This document shows positions 56,930-64,000 of a stretch of 64,000 nt of DNA, piece after piece (position 1 is the stretch's first letter; each line of letters starts with the position of its first letter). The DNA is from a virus. A model generated the notes under the pieces. The model was not told where the DNA came from, did no database searches, and saw only the letters and a list, made by a program, of their open reading frames with translations. The stretch is from the IMG/VR virus record IMGVR_UViG_3300045988_139610. The stretch is one strand, 5' to 3'. Position numbers and translations under genes: made by a program.

Positions 56930-57985
56930 TTAATTATTTTTTATATTCTTTTTATAATAATTAAACAAACTATTAGGGTCTTTTCTTTGTCTTTCTACTT
57001 CATGCCAGTCCATTTTTCCTCTAACTTTCCAGTCCCCGTATCCTCCTTGTTCAACATGACAATCTTGGTTTAATCCCATATTTATTTCATCACCGTAATA
57101 TATACAAACATCACCATCTAATGAAAATAACATATCAACGGCTTTAAATAACTTATTCATATCATGTTCTACAGAATTGCTAATTCTGCTCATATCATGA
57201 TTACATAAGAAGTTGACATCATATTTTGGGTCATTTTTAATTACTAATGGATTTCCTGTGTTTAAGGAATGTTTCATCCAACCAGATTCTTCAAAATTAA
57301 AAGTTTTCATTCCTGTTTCTTTGGCATATTTATTACTTATTTCATATGTATCCCAAGCCTCTCCAACTATATAAGCGTTTGGTTTTATTTTATAAACTTC
57401 GTCACAAAACCATTTCCAAAATTCAATCGGATTACCAGATGCATAGATTATAGCATCTAATCTAAATCCATCTACTTTATGGTCTATTAACCAAAACTTT
57501 ATTATATCTTTTATCATATCTTTTACTGTTTCAGATTGATTGTTTAACTGTGGCATGTCATAACTCCATTTTGCTAAATAATATTTCTGATTATCATGAC
57601 ATATTCTCCATTGATTATTTTGTTGATTGTTACTCCAGAAGTAACAATCATTTTGCCCTTTTATACTTTCTTTAAATAATTCATTTTGTGTACTTGTATG
57701 ACATAATACTAAATCCAATAGAATTTCTAATCCATTTTCATGTGCTACTTCTACAAATCTATCAAAATCTTCTAATGTTCCGTATTCTTTTTTAATATCT
57801 GTGTAATCTATTATATCGTATCCATGTTGATTGCAAGAAGGGAAGATAGGAGTTAGCCATAGGGTAGTAACTCCTAATTCAACAAAGTAAGGAATTTTCT
57901 TTTCCAAATCTTTTAAGTCTTTACAAAATGCTGGAAAATATATCTCATAAATTATTCTTCTTTTTTTATTCTGCACAAAAATCAC
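56930..57985 (-). CDS. GH13 (alpha-amylase family) catalytic domain protein
   Basis: All four GH13 regions are present: DLVLCHTS (I), DGFRLDAI (II, nucleophile Asp), GEAWD (III, acid/base Glu), FLCNHDMSR (IV). N-terminal IYEIY...LGVTTLWLTPIF...GYDIIDY. Confidence 0.75.
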   Translation of the reverse strand: MIFVQNKKRRIIYEIYFPAFCKDLKDLEKKIPYFVELGVTTLWLTPIFPSCNQHGYDIIDYTDIKKEYGTLEDFDRFVEVAHENGLEILLDLVLCHTSTQNELFKESIKGQNDCYFWSNNQQNNQWRICHDNQKYYLAKWSYDMPQLNNQSETVKDMIKDIIKFWLIDHKVDGFRLDAIIYASGNPIEFWKWFCDEVYKIKPNAYIVGEAWDTYEISNKYAKETGMKTFNFEESGWMKHSLNTGNPLVIKNDPKYDVNFLCNHDMSRISNSVEHDMNKLFKAVDMLFSLDGDVCIYYGDEINMGLNQDCHVEQGGYGDWKVRGKMDWHEVERQRKDPNSLFNYYKKNIKNN

Positions 57986-57996
57986 CTCTTATATTA

Positions 57997-59121
57997 TTAT
58001 TTAAATCCAATAGTTGATTTTTTTACTTTTTTATCTCTAACCATTCTTTCTATTGTATGTAATAAACAATTTTGATTAATTTTACGTAAACCTTTATCTA
58101 CGGCATATATACCACTATGATTACAAACTGTATGAATAAATGCTCCATTTTTACCTTCTGTTATTTTAGCTAATAATTCGTAATCTATATCGTCCTCATG
58201 TTTAAGTTTGTTAACATATAATTTAAATAGTTCAACTCTTAATTCATAAGAAGGCAAAGGAATAGTTATAACCTTATCGAATCTCCCTTCTCTAATTAAT
58301 GCTGGGTCTAATTGTTCTACTAAATTCGTTGCTCCTATAACTATAATCTTATTATCACTTGCTTCATTCATACAAGATAATAATTTGTTCATTGCACTTC
58401 TATATTCCTTGTTATCGTCTCCTTCACGATTTACACCTATAGCGTCAATTTCATCTATAAAAAGAATTCCTCCACCTTTATTTTTTAAGTCATCAAATAT
58501 TTTTTGCACCTTTTTACTCGACTCCCCTACGTATTTTTCGGCAAAATCTGACGCTACTATAGATTTAAAATTCATATTAGATTCACTAGCTATTGATTTA
58601 GCTAACAATGTTTTACCAGTACCAGGTGACCCTTCTAGTAATATTCCACTTGGCAATTCACATCCAATCTCTTTATATTTTTCCATATTTTTTACAAAGT
58701 TTATTGTACTAAGCACGTCCTCTTTTATTTCTTTGTCAAGTATTACATCGTCTAATTTACATTCTTTTGTTTCTTTTTTACTTGTGTTATTCAACTTCCA
58801 TCTATCATAAGCTTTTTCATAATCTTCAATAATAGGTATGCTCATTGATTCTCCATATTTAAATTTTAATATTTGTTTACATAATAATATTGCTATTCTT
58901 GTTAAGGTATCTTTATTGGTGGTTTCTAATTCTTCATAATCTATGAATTGATAAGCACTAAAATCACTAATTAAGATACATTCTTCAATGTCTGGTTTAA
59001 GTTTTGTAGAAGTTAGAATGTCTAATTTTTCAAAAGCAAATAATAAACATTCAAAATCTACCGTTAATTGATATAAATCCTCGTTTGCAAGAAAATATCT
59101 TTTTCTATTTTTTTCATCCAT
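57997..59121 (-). CDS. AAA+ ATPase (classic FtsH/Cdc48-type AAA module)
   Basis: Walker A GSPGTGKTLLAK, Walker B GGILFIDEIDA, second region of homology ATNLVEQLDPALIREGRFD. Confidence 0.8.
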   Translation of the reverse strand: MDEKNRKRYFLANEDLYQLTVDFECLLFAFEKLDILTSTKLKPDIEECILISDFSAYQFIDYEELETTNKDTLTRIAILLCKQILKFKYGESMSIPIIEDYEKAYDRWKLNNTSKKETKECKLDDVILDKEIKEDVLSTINFVKNMEKYKEIGCELPSGILLEGSPGTGKTLLAKSIASESNMNFKSIVASDFAEKYVGESSKKVQKIFDDLKNKGGGILFIDEIDAIGVNREGDDNKEYRSAMNKLLSCMNEASDNKIIVIGATNLVEQLDPALIREGRFDKVITIPLPSYELRVELFKLYVNKLKHEDDIDYELLAKITEGKNGAFIHTVCNHSGIYAVDKGLRKINQNCLLHTIERMVRDKKVKKSTIGFK

Positions 59122-59148
59122 AATATCAACCCCCTATTGTATTATTAA

Positions 59149-59370
59149 TTATTTTTCAAATATAATATCGTTCTTTAATTCTTCTACAGCCCTCTCTACT
59201 GTTTTCCATACGCTTAATTTTGCCAATATTATTTTTTTCTCAATTTCTAATTGCACCTTAGTATCTTCGCTAAATTCACATTCATTATTTAATAAATTAT
59301 TTATACTATCTAACAAATTATTTAAATATTCCTGCTCTTTTCTCATTTGAAACTCTAATATATTTTCCAT
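59149..59370 (-). CDS. Hypothetical protein
   Basis: 73-aa helical ORF with RBS AGGAGGT. Confidence 0.4.
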   Translation of the reverse strand: MENILEFQMRKEQEYLNNLLDSINNLLNNECEFSEDTKVQLEIEKKIILAKLSVWKTVERAVEELKNDIIFEK

Positions 59371-59383
59371 AAATTAGACCTCC

Positions 59384-59680
59384 TTATTGTTTTAACATAT
59401 TTAATATATCTCTAATTAAACTCATATAATAAATTAGTTCTTCCTCATTATTTAAAGTAAATTCCCATACACTGTTATATATGTCTTTTAACATATCTAT
59501 ATTATTTTTAAAATTATTACAACACGCTTTGCTTATTTCATCTAGATTTTCCAAATTTTCAATATTCATATCTTCAGCCTGTTTCTTTATAACTCTTTTG
59601 AAGTCATCTTTAGTTATTGGTGAAAGTCTATCATATTCATCGAATAATTCTTTAATTTCCTTTTTATATATTTCATCCAT
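59384..59680 (-). CDS. Hypothetical protein
   Basis: 98-aa ORF with RBS AAGGAGGTAA. Confidence 0.45.
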   Translation of the reverse strand: MDEIYKKEIKELFDEYDRLSPITKDDFKRVIKKQAEDMNIENLENLDEISKACCNNFKNNIDMLKDIYNSVWEFTLNNEEELIYYMSLIRDILNMLKQ

Positions 59681-59695
59681 AAGATTATTACCTCC

Positions 59696-60256
59696 TTATA
59701 ATCCTAATATGTCGTCAATATCCCTAGGCGCTTTTTTCTTTACATTAACTACTATATCGAAATCATCTACAAAACTTGGTTCTACTTCTTTAACTTCTTC
59801 TGTTTTTTCTTTAGGTTCTTGTTTATCTAGTTGATTCTCGGCTATATAATGTTGTAATTGATTTTCTAACATTGATAAACAATATTTAATTCTTGAATTA
59901 ACGGTTTTAAAATCTATATTGTTTAATATATCTAACATATCTTTCTCATATTTATTAATAAATTCATATATTAATTCATCTTCAAATTTATCAGTAATTA
60001 TTTTATATGTAGAAGAAAAATATATGGATTTCTCTTTTTCTTTTAAATCACACAATTCTCTCACTTTATCTCTCGCTAATTTTTTTACTTGTTTTAACCA
60101 TTGCTTTCTAATTATTTCTTCATTCTTTTTATCAAAACATTCTTTATTACAATAATATCTGTTTTTAATTTCTAAGTTATCATTGAGATATTCTTCTATG
60201 AAAGCGTCTTTTTTATCTATCTTATTTTTACAATATCGACAAGTTACTTTTGACAT
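59696..60256 (-). CDS. Hypothetical protein with N-terminal zinc-ribbon-like Cys pairs
   Basis: CRYCKNKI...YYCNKECF. Confidence 0.4.
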   Translation of the reverse strand: MSKVTCRYCKNKIDKKDAFIEEYLNDNLEIKNRYYCNKECFDKKNEEIIRKQWLKQVKKLARDKVRELCDLKEKEKSIYFSSTYKIITDKFEDELIYEFINKYEKDMLDILNNIDFKTVNSRIKYCLSMLENQLQHYIAENQLDKQEPKEKTEEVKEVEPSFVDDFDIVVNVKKKAPRDIDDILGL

Positions 60257-61176
60257 TTAATCACTTCCTTTATATCAAAAATATCATTTATAAAATTATT
60301 TAATTTAACATTGTTTAATGGAAAACCACTAGCTTTTGGATGACCTCCTCCACCAAATTGTTTAGCTATATCTGTTAAATTAATATCATCTTTAACAGTT
60401 CTTAATGATACCGTTTCTTTTTTAATTATAGCTACAAAATCTAATTCTTCATGTCTTTCACATAATATATTTCCTAATTCACTTGTGTAAGAGTCAGCCA
60501 TAACTATACCTATTTTATAAAGTTTAAAATCTTTAATTATAAGTTCTTTTTCTTTTATATTAATGTAATTATCTATTTCTTTTTGTTTTATTTCTAATAT
60601 TAATTTATCTGTTTCGCTAAATAATTCTTTATTATCTTTTATTCTATGCACCATATCATTAACGAATTTTTCTCTACCTAATATATAAAGCAAATCACTT
60701 AACTGTTTAGCTTCTTCGTTTCTAAATATTTCTTTCCATTCCCAAGTGTCATATTGTCTTACTAATTCAACAAAATCTTCAAGAGATTCATTATACAATC
60801 CTTTATTTAGTAATTTATCTAACAAATAAATAAAAGATAGATGTGTACCACTATCTTTTAATCCATCTAACATGTGTGTTGTTACATTTGCGAATGAATA
60901 TTTATTTAAATGAGTTGCTGACGGATGATGGTCTAATAATTGTACTTTTAAACCTTCTTTATTTATTATCTCTGCTAATTCTTCGTTTACAGATAAATCT
61001 GTTATAAATAATTGCTCGTAAATTCCAAATCTTAGTTCTTCCAATGATTGTTCTACGATGTCATTGACTTCATTATTTCCTACTGAAAGGACATCCGCTT
61101 TATCACCATATAAAAGTTTAAATACTACTTCACATCCTATCCCATCTAAATCGTTATGTGTTATTAATTTAATCAT
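60244..61176 (-). CDS. DHH-family phosphoesterase (RecJ/NrnA-like)
   Basis: THNDLDGIG, LLDHHPS and GGGHPKASGF are DHH/DHHA1 motifs. Confidence 0.7.
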   Translation of the reverse strand: MIKLITHNDLDGIGCEVVFKLLYGDKADVLSVGNNEVNDIVEQSLEELRFGIYEQLFITDLSVNEELAEIINKEGLKVQLLDHHPSATHLNKYSFANVTTHMLDGLKDSGTHLSFIYLLDKLLNKGLYNESLEDFVELVRQYDTWEWKEIFRNEEAKQLSDLLYILGREKFVNDMVHRIKDNKELFSETDKLILEIKQKEIDNYINIKEKELIIKDFKLYKIGIVMADSYTSELGNILCERHEELDFVAIIKKETVSLRTVKDDINLTDIAKQFGGGGHPKASGFPLNNVKLNNFINDIFDIKEVIKCQK

Positions 61177-61243
61177 ATATTAATCCTCCTCTTTAAATCT
61201 ATAATTTGTTTAGGTTTTCTATTACACGCTCCAAACATTTAAT

Positions 61244-61280
61244 CACCTCCACAGGGGAGTGGAGATTAATTAATCTCCAC
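61244..61280 (-). promoter_or_regulatory. Alternative-hairpin element overlapping an RBS
   Basis: Minus strand: GTGGAG-attaattaat-CTCCAC-tcccct-GTGGAGGTGA. The middle arm can pair with either flank, and the third arm contains a GGAGGTGA Shine-Dalgarno sequence. Confidence 0.4.
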
Positions 61281-61286
61281 TATTTA

Positions 61287-62378
61287 TTATTGTAATTTCG
61301 ATAAAATTTCAGTTAATTGTTTAGCATCTAATGATGCAACGCTTTTAACACCTTTTTCTTTCATATAATCTTTTACTATATTTTTATTTTCTGTTGTTTT
61401 AAGTTTGTCTTTTAATTGAGACTTTAACTCATCTACTGATTTTTGTTCTTCTTCTTTTTCTTGTTGTTCAACTTCTTGTTGTACTTGTTTTAAATCTTTT
61501 TCAGCTTGTTTCTTTTCTTCTTCTACTTCTTTTTTAACTTGTTCTTTATCTATTGGTCTGGTTGCTGAATTCCTCATACCTTCTTTTAATGTTTGTAAAA
61601 AGTTTTTAGCAAACTCTTTTGGGTCATCATTAACCACTAAATATTCGGGTACAGAATTTGAAGAGAATCTTGTTCCAGCTTCTACATATCCATCACCTCT
61701 AAAATACAAACGTCTTTCTGTTCCATTTAATTTTCCATCTATTATCGTTTTTTCAATTGTTCCAGTAAGAATTATATCAAATATATCACTGAATATATTT
61801 TCGTAAGTATTTGGTAAATTACTGGTTAATACCATATAACCCTCATCTGGATTCATATTTTTTTCTGTTATCGTCTTGATTTTAGTATGTGAGATTGCCA
61901 TGACACCAAAACCAGCTTTGTATAAAGTTGTAAAGTATTCTTTCAATAATGATTTGACTTTAGCTTGTCCAGAACCAAATCCATTATAGCATTGATTAAT
62001 TGACTTAGCAGGTTTACCTGTTTCTATTTGTGAAAGTCTGCAAACTTCCTTTTCTGCTATGCTTATTATTTCATCTACCGTATCGAAAGCCACCATTTCT
62101 ATATTATGTTCTTTACCTTTTTCTTTAATTAACCATTGTTGTAATTCTCTTAATTCTTTCCAAGTATCAGCATGAGTACATTGTAATTCATCCAGTAATG
62201 TCTCACCAAATTCATTCCCCAAAGAGATTAACAATCCTTTTTCTGGTTTATTATCATATTCTTCTAATATTATATTTCTGAATAAAGTTGATTTTCCCCA
62301 TTTTGGGATTGCCCTTAAATACATTCTCAATTTATTTATATCGTTTGTACTTTTATTTATTTTTATTTTTATACTCAT
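61287..62378 (-). CDS. Sak4-like / AAA_24-type RecA-fold ATPase with K/E-rich C-terminal tail
   Basis: Walker A AIPKWGKST and Walker B MVAFDTVDE. About 270 aa of core, then EEEKKQAEKDLKQVQQEVEQQEKEEEQK. Confidence 0.55.
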   Translation of the reverse strand: MSIKIKINKSTNDINKLRMYLRAIPKWGKSTLFRNIILEEYDNKPEKGLLISLGNEFGETLLDELQCTHADTWKELRELQQWLIKEKGKEHNIEMVAFDTVDEIISIAEKEVCRLSQIETGKPAKSINQCYNGFGSGQAKVKSLLKEYFTTLYKAGFGVMAISHTKIKTITEKNMNPDEGYMVLTSNLPNTYENIFSDIFDIILTGTIEKTIIDGKLNGTERRLYFRGDGYVEAGTRFSSNSVPEYLVVNDDPKEFAKNFLQTLKEGMRNSATRPIDKEQVKKEVEEEKKQAEKDLKQVQQEVEQQEKEEEQKSVDELKSQLKDKLKTTENKNIVKDYMKEKGVKSVASLDAKQLTEILSKLQ

Positions 62379-62463
62379 TACACATCTCTCCTTTTATTAA
62401 TTATTTTTAATTTGTTATTTTTATTTATATCTTATAACTAATATATTCTACATTTTAATCACC

Positions 62464-62508
62464 CCTTATATTATCGTATTAACAATTCTAACTTCAAAAT
62501 TACCTATG
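62464..62508 (-). promoter_or_regulatory. 45-bp promoter-like element, copy 10
   Basis: Minus strand: CATAGGTAATTTTGAAGTTAGAATTGTTAATACGATAATATAAGG. Confidence 0.6.
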
Positions 62509-62517
62509 ATTTAAAAT

Positions 62518-62655
62518 TTATCTATTCATATAATATACATTAAATTCCATATCTTCACTTATTATTGTAATCTTAGGATATCTATCTGCTATTTCTTTTA
62601 CTTTATTTACAGCACCGTATACATTATGAGTTGTATATTTTTCGGGTATACAACT
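62518..62655 (-). pseudogene. 3' fragment of a phage gene truncated by the IS insertion
   Basis: An open frame (..CIPEKYTTHNVYGAVNKVKEIADRYPKITIISEDMEFNVYYMNR-stop) runs up to the IS-proximal sequence with no start codon or RBS. Confidence 0.4.
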
Positions 62656-64000
62656 TTAATTGTGGAAAAGAAAAGAGAGTGAATTAAAATTTATCACTCT
62701 CTAATACCTCTAGTAGTTGTGGAATATCTACTCCGAAACCTTCTGTTAATTTTGTACTTCCTACGAAATCATTCCAACTAAATGCCGTAGTAAATGTATA
62801 TGTTTTGTTACTTGTATTTGCTCTTGTATATTTAGGTTTTCTAGTAGCACTTGTACCGAATAACACCTTTGCTCTAAGCACTTCAAATGAGTAACCTCTC
62901 CCAGCTTTCTCGATGTTCTTAATCAAGTTGTTTAAACTCTCTGTATAAGCATTTGTAATTCTACATGTAAAGTAATTAAATATCTCATACTGCCAGTTAT
63001 CAACTGTTTTGATTACATCTTGGTAGTATTTCATATCCTTTGGAACTGCTTTTTTCCAGTCCTCATAAGCCTTTAAAGCATCTTCTCGATTATCATGTTT
63101 ATAGATATCCCTAAATTGTTCTTTTAACTCATAGGCTAACTTTAACTGTGGAAAATCTAGAAACATTAGCTGCATATCCCAAATCTGTTTAGGTTCTAAA
63201 TCTTCCTTATTCCTTAATAGCAAGAATCTATCCTTTAACAGCTTAGACCTTTGCTTTCTGTCTAGAGAACCTTTAAATGACTTTCTCTCACCTTCTAAAG
63301 CATTATTAACTAATTGTATTACATGGAATCTGTCAACTATTACCTGAGCTTTTGGCAACTCCTCATAGACTGCCTCTTTGTAGTATCTCCACATATCTAT
63401 GGTTACTACTTCTATGTTATTCTTATTAGGCAATTTGCTCAGAAAAGCCTTTACATCGGACTTCTTACGGCTTGGCTGGATATCCAATACCTTACGTCCA
63501 ATTATATCGGTATAAACGGCTCTCATGCTTTTATTTAGATGTGCTTCGTCTATGCCTAATATAACTGGAGTGAGGAATGTCATATCCTTTTCTAACCTTT
63601 CTATGTAAGCATTAAATATTCTCTTTACTGTAGTAGGAGAAACACTATATTCTTCTGCTATATTGGCGAATGGCTTTTTAAGGGATTCTTTTTCTATTTG
63701 CTCTCTTAAACGAATAGTGATTTTATCTCTATCGTCAATACTTTTGTAATGTTGACTAAATGTAGTACCGCAGTATCTGCATTTATATCTATGTGTATGT
63801 ATTTCAATCCCTACACGTTTCCCAAAGCTGTTCAAATCCCTCACAAATCTCTTTGATTTGCCATGCTTATAATATTCAACTCCACCACACTCTGGGCAAG
63901 CCACAGGCTCTTTAACTGGTTTAACTATTACTGTCATGTCATGTTCATCTTGTATTGTGTCTATAACTTCAAACTCTGGTAAATTTAGTATATTCATTTT
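62656..64000 (-). mobile_element. ISL3-family insertion sequence (partial: left boundary approximate, right end outside the window)
   Basis: Contains the ISL3-type transposase. Visibly less AT-rich than the flanking phage DNA. An 8-bp inverted repeat GTTGTATA/TATACAAC (62630-62654) lies at the junction. Confidence 0.6.
62684..63997 (-). CDS. ISL3-family transposase
   Basis: N-terminal zf-ISL3 pattern (CPECGG...H..YKCRYCG), HTH, and a DDE region (GIDE...TIDMW...VVDRFHV...TNAYTESLN). Confidence 0.8.
   Translation of the reverse strand: MNILNLPEFEVIDTIQDEHDMTVIVKPVKEPVACPECGGVEYYKHGKSKRFVRDLNSFGKRVGIEIHTHRYKCRYCGTTFSQHYKSIDDRDKITIRLREQIEKESLKKPFANIAEEYSVSPTTVKRIFNAYIERLEKDMTFLTPVILGIDEAHLNKSMRAVYTDIIGRKVLDIQPSRKKSDVKAFLSKLPNKNNIEVVTIDMWRYYKEAVYEELPKAQVIVDRFHVIQLVNNALEGERKSFKGSLDRKQRSKLLKDRFLLLRNKEDLEPKQIWDMQLMFLDFPQLKLAYELKEQFRDIYKHDNREDALKAYEDWKKAVPKDMKYYQDVIKTVDNWQYEIFNYFTCRITNAYTESLNNLIKNIEKAGRGYSFEVLRAKVLFGTSATRKPKYTRANTSNKTYTFTTAFSWNDFVGSTKLTEGFGVDIPQLLEVLESDKF

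Noticed and set aside
32808-62508. Whether the ten 45-bp repeats could form a CRISPR-like array or be terminal repeats of mobile elements.
   Set aside because: The copies are kilobases apart and all in the same orientation as the flanking genes. In most copies the element is fused to, or closely followed by, a Shine-Dalgarno sequence and start codon. There are no regular short spacers. The layout fits promoters, not CRISPR or MITEs.
1-64000. Lysogeny module (integrase, repressor, att site), diversity-generating retroelement, retron or toxin-antitoxin pair.
   Set aside because: No ORF in the window shows integrase, recombinase, reverse-transcriptase or HTH-repressor signatures that I could recognise. 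The absence applies to this window only.

Overview
Very AT-rich tailed-phage or prophage DNA from a low-GC Gram-positive, Clostridium-like host. Host assignment rests on XkdX, a BhlA-type holin, RecU, SH3_3 lysin domains and strong GGAGG ribosome-binding sites. Two convergent arms meet at a bidirectional terminator near 31.4 kb.
Plus strand, 1-31.3 kb (late genes): an accessory receptor-binding cassette (beta-helix tailspike, BppU-like protein, collagen-like fibre, XkdX, decayed acyltransferase), then candidate tail chaperones. Next comes a tape-measure gene of about 2384 codons that appears to be split into three exons by two group I introns, one carrying a LAGLIDADG homing endonuclease. After it lie Dit, a 1329-aa multi-enzyme Tal, a second set of fibre/BppU/tailspike proteins, a GH25-SH3 lysozyme, BhlA-like and phiLC3-like holins, and an amidase-2xSH3 endolysin that sits behind its own promoter and terminator.
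Minus strand, 31.4-62.5 kb (early, replication and nucleotide-metabolism genes): dUTPase, RecU, class II RNR with a LAGLIDADG intein in the NPC active-site loop, Tdk, ThyX, C5-MTase, a frameshifted N-MTase, a DGQHR/DndB-like protein, PolIII alpha, a Cas4-like nuclease, primase, DnaB, a GH13 glycosidase, an AAA+ ATPase, a DHH phosphoesterase and a Sak4-like ATPase. This arm is punctuated by four free-standing HNH endonuclease genes, ten copies of a 45-bp promoter-like element and about twenty copies of a 15-nt gene-junction motif.
An ISL3-family IS has inserted near 62.65 kb and runs off the window. No integrase, repressor, tRNA, rRNA or CRISPR array was seen. All calls come from reading the sequence and translations by eye; no searches were run.
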